A DNA stretch of 64,000 nucleotides from Candidatus Bathyarchaeia archaeon (lineage in GTDB: Archaea; Thermoproteota; Bathyarchaeia; Bathyarchaeales; Bathycorpusculaceae): assembly GCA_037481775.1 (NCBI GenBank), contig JBBFKZ010000003.1, positions 64,001 through 128,000 of the forward strand, given 5' to 3'. Each line of letters begins with the position of its first letter. Position 1 is the stretch's first letter. The notes under the pieces were generated by a model. It was not told the DNA's origin and made no database searches. It was given only the letters and a program-made list of their open reading frames with translations. This document shows, one piece after another, positions 18,547-29,228 of this stretch. The translations under genes and the position numbers were made by a program.

Positions 18547-19884
18547 CTATTTCTCCTCATTTTTGTTATGAATTTCAGGTTTCAGATGGGCAAGGAATCG
18601 GGTTTTTTCTTCCTTAGCTACTTTCAGCTTTTCTGCGGACACATTAAGCAGTGAAAGAAGCTCGGTTTGGTCTTTAACAAAAACGGCGCCCTTATTTTTC
18701 AGCTCGGCAAGCAACGCTTTCGCCTTGCCTTTGGTGAAATCTCGGCTTTCAATGGGCACTTCATCAATGACAAATGTGGGAACCCCGCGCTCTAACGATG
18801 CGAGGGCAGCTTCCAAGTTCTGAAGGTTGCCGAAGCCAAAGGGGACAGAGGTTACCACGACAACGCTGGCTTTTTCAATCATTGCCAGGTTATCTTTATG
18901 AGTCTTTTCAGTGATAGGTGAGAACGGTGCTTCGGACGCCACTGGAATCTTCAGGAATTGGGCTGTTTCAAAATCGGTGTCCAGAACGTTAAGAACGCCT
19001 GCGGTTACACTGTAGCCCTCGTCCAGCAAAGCTTTCATGAGCGCAGTGCCAGTGCCAGCTCCGCATATAAGGTGTATTGCACACTTTCTGGAGGGCGGCG
19101 TCTTCTGCGGCGAAAGCGGAATGACGAAGAGAGAGTTGGTTACAAGATGTTTTTTCACTATGGCGTCAACATCGAAAACACTCTTGATGTTTTCACTTGT
19201 AAGAACCTCTTCCAAGCTTCCAGCAGCAAATATCTTGCCTTTCTTGAGCATAATGGCTGATGTGCAATAGCGCGCGGCCAAGTTCAAATCGTGAAAAACT
19301 GCTAAAACTATCAGCTTCTCATTGTCACAAAGCGACTTAACAAGATCCATGATCTCCAGCTGGTTAATAATATCCAAATGCGTCAGTGGCTCATCCAGCA
19401 GCAATATTTTAGGCTCCTGCGCCAATGCGCGCGCAATTATTACACGCTGCCGTTCACCACCACTGAGCTCATTAACGGGGCGCTCGGCAAACTGCCAAGT
19501 ATTAGTTAAGAGCATAGCCTTCTTCGCGATTGCCATGTCTTTGCTGCTTTCCATCTGAAAGCGGGACATGTGCGGATTTCTTCCCATCAGCACGATGTCG
19601 AGTGCAGCGAAGTTGAAGCCTATGCTGCTATCCTGCGGCACAACGGCTAATTGCCTTGCAACATCCACGCTTTTGAGAGAATAAATATCGGCCTCATTGA
19701 GCAGAATAGTTCCCCTGTAAGGTTTGAGTGTCCGGCTTATGCTCTTGAGCAACGTGGTTTTTCCAGAACCGTTAGGGCCGAGTATCCCAACGAAGTCGCC
19801 TTCTTTTACTGTGAAGCTTACGTTCTCCAAGACTTTAACAGAGCCGTAGCGGCATTCAATTCCGTCAACGTTTAACACAACCAT
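18547..19884 (-). CDS. btuD: Corrinoid ABC transporter ATPase with C-terminal extension
   Basis: GPNGSGKT, LSGGERQR, LLDEP. Confidence 0.88.
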   Translation of the reverse strand: MVVLNVDGIECRYGSVKVLENVSFTVKEGDFVGILGPNGSGKTTLLKSISRTLKPYRGTILLNEADIYSLKSVDVARQLAVVPQDSSIGFNFAALDIVLMGRNPHMSRFQMESSKDMAIAKKAMLLTNTWQFAERPVNELSGGERQRVIIARALAQEPKILLLDEPLTHLDIINQLEIMDLVKSLCDNEKLIVLAVFHDLNLAARYCTSAIMLKKGKIFAAGSLEEVLTSENIKSVFDVDAIVKKHLVTNSLFVIPLSPQKTPPSRKCAIHLICGAGTGTALMKALLDEGYSVTAGVLNVLDTDFETAQFLKIPVASEAPFSPITEKTHKDNLAMIEKASVVVVTSVPFGFGNLQNLEAALASLERGVPTFVIDEVPIESRDFTKGKAKALLAELKNKGAVFVKDQTELLSLLNVSAEKLKVAKEEKTRFLAHLKPEIHNKNEEK

Positions 19885-19896
19885 GGCTCATCAGCC

Positions 19897-20994
19897 TCAT
19901 AACGCGTAGCTTTGCTTCTTTTTTCTAAACAGAATAATGAAGAAGGGCGCACCCGCCAGCATTGTGATTATGCCCACTGGCAACTCGAGAGTTGAAGCAA
20001 ACGGCGTCGCGATGACTCGTGCTATAGCATCGCAGACAACGAGGAATATGGCGCCAACTATTGTGGATGCGGGGAACAGAATGCGGTGGTCAGGCCCAAT
20101 AACTAACCGTGTTATGTGCGGAACCATTAAGCCGACAAAACCGACGAGCCCGCTTAGCGAAACAGCAGCAGCAGTCACCATCGAAGCAAACACGAGCAGA
20201 ATCTGCTTTACGCGCTCTATATTCACGCCCAAGTGCTGAGCAGTTTCTTCACCTAAAGCAAGCAAATTCAAGTCGCGAGCGTAGAAGTAAACGACTACAA
20301 CGCCAACGATTATGAACGGTAGCACTGCCCAAATGTCCGACCAGAGAACGTTGGAGAAGCCGCCGATTAACCAGAACACTATTGCATGAAGCTCATCGCC
20401 GGCTATGACCTCTAAAAGAGCAACAACAGCGTAGAGAAAGAAGTTAACAGCTATACCACAGAGCAATAACGTTGTTACCGGGACTCTTGAGCCTACACGG
20501 GATATATTATAAACAAGAAACATGGCAAATAAAGCGCCGAGAAAAGCCGCTATCTGCACAAGCCTTAAGCCGAAGAGGAGAGTGCCTGAGCCAAAAAGCA
20601 GCGAGAATGATGCGCCAGTAGCCGCGCCAGCGGAGACACCTAAAATGTAGGAGTCTGCCATCGGATTTCTGAATACGCCTTGATATACCACGCCTGAAGC
20701 CGCGAGGGCAGCGCCCACCACCACGCCGGCTATTATTCGTGGCAAGCGTATTTGAAGAATAATAGCAGATTCTCTAGGTAAAACCAGAGAAGAATCTATG
20801 TAGCCATTTAGAAATGGGATCTGTTTACCTAGTGTGGCCAGAATATTTGTAAATGGGATTTGAGCATAACCTACATTTAGCGAAATTAAAACTGTTACAA
20901 ACAAAGCCACCAATAACAAAATTACAATTAGCTTCCATCGGGTAGCACGCCGAAAATATGTCCCTTCAACTTCGCTGGTGCTCATGGCGTTCAC
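19897..20994 (-). CDS. btuC: Corrinoid ABC transporter permease (FecCD family)
   Basis: IRLPR, FRNPMAD, LGEETAQHLG, GFVGLMVPH. Confidence 0.9.
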   Translation of the reverse strand: MNAMSTSEVEGTYFRRATRWKLIVILLLVALFVTVLISLNVGYAQIPFTNILATLGKQIPFLNGYIDSSLVLPRESAIILQIRLPRIIAGVVVGAALAASGVVYQGVFRNPMADSYILGVSAGAATGASFSLLFGSGTLLFGLRLVQIAAFLGALFAMFLVYNISRVGSRVPVTTLLLCGIAVNFFLYAVVALLEVIAGDELHAIVFWLIGGFSNVLWSDIWAVLPFIIVGVVVVYFYARDLNLLALGEETAQHLGVNIERVKQILLVFASMVTAAAVSLSGLVGFVGLMVPHITRLVIGPDHRILFPASTIVGAIFLVVCDAIARVIATPFASTLELPVGIITMLAGAPFFIILFRKKKQSYAL

Positions 20995-21014
20995 ACAGAA
21001 AAAGTGAGAGGAAC

Positions 21015-21980
21015 TTAAAAGAGTTCTGGATGGAATGCCTTAGCTAACTCCTCTATGGCATCTGCAACTCGTGGCCCAGCTCTTGAGATAGTGTTAGAAT
21101 CTACTGTATATATCCTGTTGTTTTGTACAGCGCTTATTGAACTCCAACCAGGCCGCGCCTTAACAGCATCTATACTGACCCAGAAAGGTTCCCCTTTTCC
21201 CATACCTTCTTCGGGCAGAATTATCACGTCAGGATTCCTTTGAATAACCGCTTCAGAACTTGACTGGAAGTATGCTAAATCCTGATCAGCAAATATGTTG
21301 ACGCCGCCAGCTTTTTCTATAAGCTCATTTTGCCATGCTTCCGCACCTGCAGTCCATAAAGACGTGGGATCATACCAGACTTCATAGTACACTGTCGGTT
21401 TGAACGCTGAAACAGCCACCTTATTAACCACAGCGTCGATTCGGCTCTGGACATTATTGATAAGTTCAAGAGCTTCGGTACGTTTACCAGTTGCATTACC
21501 AACTAGCTCAATGTCTCGCAAGACACCAGCGATGTCTGGAGGATCTAACACTAAAACTTTGTAGCCCAAGTTTCGCAATGTAGTCACAGTTTCTCCCTGA
21601 ACTCCCGCAGTAGCCAAGATCAGGTCAGGCTCAAGCGAAGCGATTACCTCCAAATTTGGATTTTTGAAGTCTCCAATACTGGTCATGTTACCCGCGGCAA
21701 TCCATGCTGAAAAGTTGTATGGATAATCGCAGTATTCACTGACACCTACAACCTTATCGTCTAGACCCAAAGCAAACACGATTTCAGTTGTGCTCGGCGC
21801 AAGTGAAACAATCTTATTAGGTAAAGCGTCCATACTTGTAACATAGCCTGTATCGTCCACCAAGTTACGCAATGCCTCAAGTTGCTCGGCACTTGTGCCG
21901 GTCTGATAAACATAAATAAAGGCAGCAACGGCAATTAACGCGACAATTGCTACCACGGCAACAACGATTTTCATGTTCAT
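21015..21980 (-). CDS. btuF: Corrinoid-binding protein
   Basis: N-terminal anchor, IVSLAPSTTEIVFALG, CDYP, RAGPR; cob gene context. Confidence 0.88.
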   Translation of the reverse strand: MNMKIVVAVVAIVALIAVAAFIYVYQTGTSAEQLEALRNLVDDTGYVTSMDALPNKIVSLAPSTTEIVFALGLDDKVVGVSEYCDYPYNFSAWIAAGNMTSIGDFKNPNLEVIASLEPDLILATAGVQGETVTTLRNLGYKVLVLDPPDIAGVLRDIELVGNATGKRTEALELINNVQSRIDAVVNKVAVSAFKPTVYYEVWYDPTSLWTAGAEAWQNELIEKAGGVNIFADQDLAYFQSSSEAVIQRNPDVIILPEEGMGKGEPFWVSIDAVKARPGWSSISAVQNNRIYTVDSNTISRAGPRVADAIEELAKAFHPELF

Positions 21981-22112
21981 TTTATTACCTCTTTGGATGG
22001 TTTATCCATGCGTGCTTATAAAACTTTATGGAAATAAGCAAACAATGGAAAGCGAAAAACTTCAAGAAGGCACGCAACACTTAAAATAAACCCCGCAATA
22101 AGACAGAGGCTG

Positions 22113-22592
22113 ATGAACATGAACGCTGAAAATCCGCCATTACTAGATTATCTCGAAAAAAAAGGCATAAAACTGGAAGACCTTATATCTGCAGCGCTTG
22201 AGCTTTTTGTTCCACACCCAGGTATAGAAACAGAAAAGGAGGCGGCGGAACTTCTTCGAGAAGAATTTTACGAAGTTTTGTCCGATGTCAATGTGTCCTG
22301 CCTTATAGTCGCCTGCTTCAGAGCACAAGAAGATGCTGAAAACGGGTTAATCCCAGGCTTATCAAAAGAAAGATTCATGGGGCGCCCTGGACTCGTAGCC
22401 GACGAGTTATTGGGACTTGCAATAGCCAATTACATTGCAGGCGTAAAGGGCGTGTTTGAATTCACAAGATTTGATCAGGCAAAACCAGGAATCTTGAAAA
22501 AGCTCGGTCCACTCACAAACGATGCTATAGGGGGATTAGTTGCTGGCGTATCATCAAACATGTACACACAAGCCTTTAGGCGCATCAAATGA
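22113..22592 (+). CDS. cobZ: Alpha-ribazole phosphatase CobZ (PgpA-like)
   Basis: DVNV, LVADELLG, FTRFDQAKPGIL, DAIGGLVAG. Confidence 0.8.
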   Translation: MNMNAENPPLLDYLEKKGIKLEDLISAALELFVPHPGIETEKEAAELLREEFYEVLSDVNVSCLIVACFRAQEDAENGLIPGLSKERFMGRPGLVADELLGLAIANYIAGVKGVFEFTRFDQAKPGILKKLGPLTNDAIGGLVAGVSSNMYTQAFRRIK

Positions 22593-22607
22593 TTTCATCT
22601 GCGCAGA

Positions 22608-23255
22608 CTATATGCGTTTTTGAAATGCGTCTAAAACTCCGTGGCAGTCGCAGGTTGTGGCTACAACGAATTTCTCCCGTTGCCTTGCCCAATTGAAGAA
22701 GTCTAGAAGTTCACTGCCTTTAAGCGCCCCCATGCCCGGCGCCATCGAATGACTGATCAGAATAAACGCGTCTGGACTAGCGAACCTTATCAGCTCGGTC
22801 ATGGTGCATGGCTTTCTCATGTGCGTAGAGGGGCAGATGGGGGGCATTGAACATTTTTCTACACAGCTTTTGTCTCTGTTGAAGCTTGTAACAAGCTTTC
22901 CCTTCCCAGCAGCCAGCACAACAACTTCAGGCAGTTTGGGCAGTATGGCGTTTATGGCTTCAGTCCATGGATCAAGGGCAAACTTGATTTTCGCCAAGTC
23001 GGCAGCTATGTGCACGGGTGCTGTGGGAAATACATACTCGGGTTTAAGCTTTTCAATCAGCTCTAAAACCGTTGAAAGATCACCTTGAACAAAGTGCTCT
23101 CCATTAGACAGAGATTGCCTCGAAGCCGCGAGCCCAAATCTCCTTACGGCAAGACAGTTTGGATAAGTATCAACTACCACAAAGCCTTTGCCTTTCTGCC
23201 TTAGATGCTCAACTGCGTAGCACCCGTATTTCCCGCCGCCAATAATAATATTCAT
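22608..23255 (-). CDS. NAD(P)-binding Rossmann protein with Cys-rich C-terminus
   Basis: IIGGGKYG...VVVD; CVEKC...CP...PC and TCDCHG. Confidence 0.7.
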   Translation of the reverse strand: MNIIIGGGKYGCYAVEHLRQKGKGFVVVDTYPNCLAVRRFGLAASRQSLSNGEHFVQGDLSTVLELIEKLKPEYVFPTAPVHIAADLAKIKFALDPWTEAINAILPKLPEVVVLAAGKGKLVTSFNRDKSCVEKCSMPPICPSTHMRKPCTMTELIRFASPDAFILISHSMAPGMGALKGSELLDFFNWARQREKFVVATTCDCHGVLDAFQKRI

Positions 23256-23437
23256 CTTTTATTCACTTTAGTCTGCTAAAGGCGAATGGCTATTCCAAAG
23301 GTATGTTATAAAACTTTAAGCTAAAAAAGGTTCTCGGACCATAAAACGCCAGAAACTGGAAGCTTATTGGCCGCGTTTTAGCTGCATTTTTCCAGAAATT
23401 ACCATAAGACTATAATATTTTGCTTGCTCAGTGAGAT

Positions 23438-24616
23438 GTGCGCAGCGGAAGCATTATGGGCCAAACAAAGCTATGCGTTGTCACCCATACCTTTCTGCCT
23501 CACGTAGGCGGGATAGAGAAGGTTGTTTATGAGCAGTGTAAACGTTTGATGCGGAAGCAGTTTGAGCCTACGGTGGTGACACATAGAAATTACACGGCTA
23601 AAAATTATGTTGTTGATGGAATAGGTGTCAAATGCTACGATGCGGTTAACATCGGATTTAGGCTCGGAATCCCCTACGCTATTCCGCAGATTAGCAGCTT
23701 CAGAACTTTTTTGGAAGCAGTAAAAGCCAGCGACCTCATACATGCACATGGTCATCCATATCCATCTTCTCTTATCGCTGCGAAAATCGCAAAGAAATAT
23801 GGGAAACCGGTGGTGCTCACGCAGCACAACACGTTCATAGAGTATGAAAACAGCCTCTGGGATCATGTGGAATGGCTAAATGACTGCGCCATTGGAAGAG
23901 AAGCCTTGAAAGCTTCTGACAGAATAGTTGTCGTCAGCAATGCAACGCGAAATTACGTTTTGAGTTTAGGAGCAGATCCTAAAAAGGTATGTGTGCTCCA
24001 CAACGGCGTCGACGTAGACCGCTTCAAACCCTTAGCGGGTGTAAGAGATGAAATGAGAAAGAAACTGGGAATCCCTGAAGCATCACGCGTCGTTTTAACA
24101 GTTAGGCGAATAGTTTACAAGAATGGTGTTGACACGCTAATAGATAGCGCAGAAAAGTCGATTCGGAAGAACCCGCGCTTAGTTTTTCTTGTAGTGGGCA
24201 AAGGACCTGACTTTGAGAAGGTAAAAGAAAAAATAGTCCAGCTGGGAATACAGGAAAATTTCAGGCTCACAGGTTTTGTTTCCGACGATGACTTGCCATT
24301 TTATTATAATGCCGCAGACTTCTTTGTCTTGCCCTCAAAGTCTGGAGAAGGCTTGCCACTAGTGGCGCTTGAAGCCATGGCTTGCGGATTGCCAGTTATT
24401 GCGACAAATGTTGGAGGAATCTCTGAAATTATGAAAGAGGAATGCGGGAAGCTCGTGCCGCCTAATTCACCTGACGTTCTCGCAGAGGCAATATTAGAGT
24501 TTTCTAGAAGAGAGTTGGCTTCTCTCAGAAGAGACTTACGCGTAATGGTTGAGCAGGAACATAGTTGGGACAGGAACGTGGAGAAATTAATCGAAATATA
24601 CGAAGAGCTTATTTAA
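23438..24616 (+). CDS. GT4 family glycosyltransferase
   Basis: GGIE, HNGVD, EGLPLVALEAMACG. Confidence 0.93.
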   Translation: MRSGSIMGQTKLCVVTHTFLPHVGGIEKVVYEQCKRLMRKQFEPTVVTHRNYTAKNYVVDGIGVKCYDAVNIGFRLGIPYAIPQISSFRTFLEAVKASDLIHAHGHPYPSSLIAAKIAKKYGKPVVLTQHNTFIEYENSLWDHVEWLNDCAIGREALKASDRIVVVSNATRNYVLSLGADPKKVCVLHNGVDVDRFKPLAGVRDEMRKKLGIPEASRVVLTVRRIVYKNGVDTLIDSAEKSIRKNPRLVFLVVGKGPDFEKVKEKIVQLGIQENFRLTGFVSDDDLPFYYNAADFFVLPSKSGEGLPLVALEAMACGLPVIATNVGGISEIMKEECGKLVPPNSPDVLAEAILEFSRRELASLRRDLRVMVEQEHSWDRNVEKLIEIYEELI

Positions 24617-24665
24617 CCAGATTACGGAAACTATATAAAATTTCAGCGCTGGAAGTTGCAAGGCA

Positions 24666-25346
24666 ATGACATTGAAGGTAGACATGATTTCAGTAGTGAT
24701 TCCCACACTCAACGAAGCTGGGAACATCCTTGAGGAATTGACAACAATTGAGAAAGAAGTGAAATACCCGAAAGAGATTATAATTGTAGATGGAGACTCC
24801 ACCGACGGGACTAAGGAGATAGTGAAAAAAGCAAATTGCAAACTAATTGTTGAGCCCAGACGCGGCTATGGACTTGCATTGAGAACAGGCTTTAAGCATG
24901 CAAAAGGCGATGTCATAGTTATGGTTGACGGGGATGGCACTTATGAAGTAAGGCACATCAACCTTCTGGTTGACGCATTGATAAAAAACAATGCTGAATT
25001 ATGCCTTGCAACGCGAATGTACGATCCGAATAAAGCGATGGGGTTTATGAATTTTGTTGGAAACAAAATAATAACGTTCTTTTTCGACTTTTTTTACAGA
25101 CAGTTTATCAGCGATTCACAGTCTGGTTTCCGTGCTATATCACGTGCGGCAATTGAAAAGGTTGATTTAGAACAGACGGATATGGCATTCGCTACGGAGA
25201 TGCTGATACAATTCGCTAAAAAAGGCTTTAAGATGATTGAAGTGCCTTCGACTTATAAGGCAAGGAAATATGGGAAAACTAAGCTGAGAAGGATTAAGTC
25301 TGGAATAGAGATTTTCACCACCATGGTCAGAGGCTTAATAAGGTGA
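24666..25346 (+). CDS. GT2 family (DPM1-like) glycosyltransferase
   Basis: VIPTLNE, VDGDSTDGT, DGDG, DSQSGFR. Confidence 0.93.
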   Translation: MTLKVDMISVVIPTLNEAGNILEELTTIEKEVKYPKEIIIVDGDSTDGTKEIVKKANCKLIVEPRRGYGLALRTGFKHAKGDVIVMVDGDGTYEVRHINLLVDALIKNNAELCLATRMYDPNKAMGFMNFVGNKIITFFFDFFYRQFISDSQSGFRAISRAAIEKVDLEQTDMAFATEMLIQFAKKGFKMIEVPSTYKARKYGKTKLRRIKSGIEIFTTMVRGLIR

Positions 25347-25885
25347 AGACACTTTCGGAACTAAAGAAAAATATTGCCGAAAGCTTAGGCTATAACGACA
25401 GCAAAGGCCACAAAATTGCAGTGGTGCTTGCGCTGATATTTGTTTCTAGTCTTCTTTTAGGCTATTATTTTGTTTCAAGATCTCCGCCGGAAGGGTATAA
25501 CACAATTTATTTGTTGGATTATCAGCATAGAAAAGCTATAGACTATCCTGAACTTTTAGTAATCGCTGGCAACGAAGAAAACAGCACGGTTAGTGTTTGG
25601 GTTGTGGTTGAAAATCACATGGGCAGCAATCAATCTTATCAATTGTTGCAAAAAGTGGTGAGAGGTTCAATTCTTTCCTTTCCAGTTGAAGCTGAAGCAG
25701 AGCAAAGTTACATGAAGACGTTAGGGGATGGCGAAAAATGGGAGATTTTAGCGACTGTTTCCTTAAATGAACCTGGAAGTTACTCGGTGGTTTTTGAGCT
25801 TTGGGTTTATGACGCGGGTACAGAAGCTTTTGTGTTCTCTTACAATTATTGCGTTTTGAACATCGATGCTATAGAACGAACCTAA
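25343..25885 (+). CDS. Membrane-anchored DUF1616-like protein
   Basis: One TM helix, then YNTIYLL...DYP...VVVENH; 4-nt overlap with the GT2 gene. Confidence 0.6.
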   Translation: MKTLSELKKNIAESLGYNDSKGHKIAVVLALIFVSSLLLGYYFVSRSPPEGYNTIYLLDYQHRKAIDYPELLVIAGNEENSTVSVWVVVENHMGSNQSYQLLQKVVRGSILSFPVEAEAEQSYMKTLGDGEKWEILATVSLNEPGSYSVVFELWVYDAGTEAFVFSYNYCVLNIDAIERT

Positions 25886-25888
25886 AAC

Positions 25889-27355
25889 TCATTGTGTAGC
25901 ATCGTGCTGTGCACAATATTCCTCTTCAGTGGGTATTCTATGAACATTGTTGTATGCGCAGAAGGGTACAATTTTCAAGTCTGGTGTGACATAGTGAACA
26001 ACGCATCTTCTGACGCGGTTTATGTCGAATGTGTATGGGTCCATGAAAGCCATGCAGCCTAGGAGGAAGATTCTTCGCCGCAAATTGGCAAGCGACTGAT
26101 AAGATGGAGAAATATGCATTTTAAGAATGGTCTTTGTAAGGGTGAATATGCCAATTTCTTTGGTAACCAAGAGCCAGTTTAGAGATTGCATAGACGCCAA
26201 AAACAGTGCCGAGAGTATAGAGAAGCGCCCTTTGGTCTTCACCGATTTCGCCGTTTTCTGCAGGACGCGGAAGAAACGCTCAAAATTAACAAAGTGATTA
26301 ATGGGGATAATTTTTCCTTTTTTTGATACGTACATCCAGTTTACGAGGCCGCACTGTGGACTGCAGGAAAACAGGGGCCAGGGCTTTTTCATGAATTTGC
26401 TCATGACTATTATAGGTGAAGTCATAATGGAAAGGGGAAAGAGATCGGTGGTTTTAATTTCGCCGTTGGTTTGCGTTTCAACTTCTTCGGCGAAGCTTGT
26501 ATCTCGCCATTCTTCTCGTAATGGATTATCAACCGCTCGACCAGTAAACGCGATAGGCTGGAAGATTATTCCCCGTATAATGTAGGAGTTCTGCGCCGCG
26601 AATCGTATAATGGCGCCAACTTCAGCGTCATTTACTCCACGCACCAGAGTAGTGACCAGTATTACTTCTATGTCATATTTACGGCAGTTTTCTATGGCTT
26701 TCATCTTGGTTTGCAGTAGCTTCTTACCGCGCAGTTTCTCGTAAATTTCATCGTGAAAACTGTCAAACTGCAAATAAACTATGTTCAAACCTTTTTCCTT
26801 GAGCTTTTTAACAAGCTCTTCGGAACGCGCCAATTTAACACCATTAGTTGCCAAGATAGTCATGAACCGCAGTTTATGCGCAGCAGCAATTATCTCCGGC
26901 ATGTCCTCGCGTTCCAGCGGTTCACCGCCTGAAAACAAGATTGCCGGCGGCTTAGGATTACGGTTGCTTAAGAACTCCAGCATATTCACTATTTTTTCTT
27001 TGCTAGGTTCGTAGTCAACTTCATGTCCGGAAAAAGTGGCAAAGCAAACAGGGCATCTTAAATCGCAGCGTTTTGTAACGTCAATTACGCCGATCACTGT
27101 GCTGGAGGCATGCTTATCACAAAAGCACGTGTAGGGGCAACCATCAGGATTCTTAGGAAAGCTTGCGTCTCCGAAATATTTGAAATAATCATATTCCTCG
27201 GCAAACTTGAAGACACAAGGACTTTCCCAATGCGCAGCGGAAAATGTTCCGTGCTCTTTACAGGTTTTGGTAAGTAAAATTTTACCGTTCACTTCAGTTA
27301 ATTCAGCATCTATTTTTTTATGGCATACTGGGCAGATGCTTTTTGTTTTCCTCAC
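25889..27355 (-). CDS. tes: Radical SAM tetraether lipid synthase (Tes/GDGT-MAS family)
   Basis: N-terminal CPVC...CKEHG, GCPYTCFC, SAM motif CDLRCPVC, C-terminal CMAFMDPYTFD..R...CVVHY.TPD...PFCAYN. Confidence 0.85.
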   Translation of the reverse strand: MRKTKSICPVCHKKIDAELTEVNGKILLTKTCKEHGTFSAAHWESPCVFKFAEEYDYFKYFGDASFPKNPDGCPYTCFCDKHASSTVIGVIDVTKRCDLRCPVCFATFSGHEVDYEPSKEKIVNMLEFLSNRNPKPPAILFSGGEPLEREDMPEIIAAAHKLRFMTILATNGVKLARSEELVKKLKEKGLNIVYLQFDSFHDEIYEKLRGKKLLQTKMKAIENCRKYDIEVILVTTLVRGVNDAEVGAIIRFAAQNSYIIRGIIFQPIAFTGRAVDNPLREEWRDTSFAEEVETQTNGEIKTTDLFPLSIMTSPIIVMSKFMKKPWPLFSCSPQCGLVNWMYVSKKGKIIPINHFVNFERFFRVLQKTAKSVKTKGRFSILSALFLASMQSLNWLLVTKEIGIFTLTKTILKMHISPSYQSLANLRRRIFLLGCMAFMDPYTFDINRVRRCVVHYVTPDLKIVPFCAYNNVHRIPTEEEYCAQHDATQ

Positions 27356-28248
27356 AGGAATCCTCCAATCACTGGCAATAGCGCCTCGATTATCAGCGAA
27401 AGCGGAAGCAACATCATGGACATCGTTATCAGCCGCTCGTATTTTCGCACATTCTCAACTATTGATGCGGAAATCACAAGGCGAATTGAAGAGTAAAGAA
27501 GAAGAACACTCCAGAGCAGCATAAGCGGCAAGTAATACAGGGTGAATTGATTTAGAAGGTAAGGCAGCGGCGTAGACAAACTTGTTACAATAAAGAAGAC
27601 AGCCGCGACCCTTACAGCGTTGGCACTGCCGATTTTCTGAGGAAGCGTTGGATACCTCACCTTGGCGTCGCCCTCTATGCTTAAAACATCCCGGAGGACA
27701 TTGCCGCCTATTGTGCCAAACGCGATGGGATACAAACTTAAAGAGGCAAAAGTTAAAGCACCCGGGCTTATCACATCAGCACCCAAGGTAACGGCTTCAC
27801 CATATAGGAAGGCGGTTCCAGTTAATAGACCAACAAGAATGTTAGCGGCGAAACCTGATTTCCGCTTGATAAATGCAGAGTATATCACAAGCAATATGGA
27901 GTCAACTATGAGAATTATGAGGCAGAGCTTGTTTATTAAAGCGGCAAGGCTGAGACCGAGGACGAAAAAGAGAACCGCAATGGTCACAACTTGCTTAAGC
28001 GACAACGCGCCGGACGGAATAGGGCGTTTTGGTTTAATAACCGCGTCGCTTTCTCTGTCAAAATAGTCATTCAGCGCAAAGCCCGCAGAAGTGATAAACG
28101 CCATAGAGAAGAATGTTAACAGCGCAACTTCTGGGTTAAGAAAGCTTTTGGTTATGGCAAAGGCAGTTAGAAGCGCTAAACCGCCTGTCATCATCCAGTA
28201 GGGAATGCGCAAAAGAGCGAAAACACCTTTAACAGCAGATGTGGTCAT
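27352..28248 (-). CDS. UbiA-family prenyltransferase (DGGGP synthase-like, divergent)
   Basis: NDYFDRESD..KPKRPIPSG; second acidic motif reads RDVLSIEGD; multiple TM helices. Confidence 0.88.
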   Translation of the reverse strand: MTTSAVKGVFALLRIPYWMMTGGLALLTAFAITKSFLNPEVALLTFFSMAFITSAGFALNDYFDRESDAVIKPKRPIPSGALSLKQVVTIAVLFFVLGLSLAALINKLCLIILIVDSILLVIYSAFIKRKSGFAANILVGLLTGTAFLYGEAVTLGADVISPGALTFASLSLYPIAFGTIGGNVLRDVLSIEGDAKVRYPTLPQKIGSANAVRVAAVFFIVTSLSTPLPYLLNQFTLYYLPLMLLWSVLLLYSSIRLVISASIVENVRKYERLITMSMMLLPLSLIIEALLPVIGGFL

Positions 28249-29189
28249 GCGAACATTCTCCTTTCCAAGATGAGCTCTCTCAAATTATCTTCAAGGCTTA
28301 TTTTCGGCTGCCAGCCTAAGACCTTCTTCACCTTGCCTATGTCAAACCAGATAGTGTTTATGTCGCCTTTCCAAGGAACATTAGTAGTAGTTATAACCGT
28401 TTTATTAGATAAACCGAGAATTTTCAGGATCATCTTAGCAAGGTCTATTATCTTTATTGTTCTACCATAACCAATGTTGAAGGTTTCTCCTATTGCCGCG
28501 TCGCTTGTAGCCGCAAGAAACAGCGCGTCCACCACATCGAAGACATGGACAAAATCGCGGGACTGCAGACCGCTACCAATTATTTCCAGTTTCTCCGGGT
28601 TTCTGCTAATTTTATTCAAAAAGTCCTCTATGACACCATGGCATCTTGGACCATAAACATTAGCTAAACGTAGAATAGTGATGTCTAGGCCATACTGCTT
28701 TGAATACATATTACAGTACTGCTCACCAACCACTTTAGACAAGCCATAACAGGAGGCTGGGCTGTAACCGTAGCTTTCAGGCGTCGGCAACACAGGAGTA
28801 TTACCGTAAACTGCCGCGCTTGAAGTGAAAACTACTCTTGCATCGTCTTTCCGCGCTTTTTCCAGCACATTTAACGTGCCCCGCGCGTTTGTTTCAAAAT
28901 CTTCTATGGGGTTCTCCATTGAGTAAGGAACAACAACTTGAGCGGCTAAATGGAAAATTACATCAGCTTTCTCTTGAGATTGAAGCTTCTTTAAATCGCG
29001 TATATCCGCCTTCACAAAGCGCACCTGCGGAACATGCTTGACGTTCTCCACTTTCCCGCTTGACAAGTTATCGTAAATTGTTAGGCTGCTGGTTAATTCG
29101 GATAATTTCTTGCAGAGGTGAAAACCTATAAAACCGGCGCCGCCGGTTACAAGTATTCTCGCTTCATTCAGTTTACCCATGAAATTCAC
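28245..29189 (-). CDS. NAD-dependent nucleotide-sugar epimerase/dehydratase
   Basis: TGGAGFIG, SSAAVYG, YGLSK, NVYGP; ATG 29180 is an alternative start. Confidence 0.93.
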   Translation of the reverse strand: MNFMGKLNEARILVTGGAGFIGFHLCKKLSELTSSLTIYDNLSSGKVENVKHVPQVRFVKADIRDLKKLQSQEKADVIFHLAAQVVVPYSMENPIEDFETNARGTLNVLEKARKDDARVVFTSSAAVYGNTPVLPTPESYGYSPASCYGLSKVVGEQYCNMYSKQYGLDITILRLANVYGPRCHGVIEDFLNKISRNPEKLEIIGSGLQSRDFVHVFDVVDALFLAATSDAAIGETFNIGYGRTIKIIDLAKMILKILGLSNKTVITTTNVPWKGDINTIWFDIGKVKKVLGWQPKISLEDNLRELILERRMFA

Positions 29190-29228
29190 GACAAAGTCTA
29201 TATCTTTATTTGGCTCCGTGTAGGCTAT

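Noticed and set aside
21981-22112. Cobalamin riboswitch upstream of btuF
   Set aside because: Short AT-rich gap with only promoter-like sequence and no B12 box.
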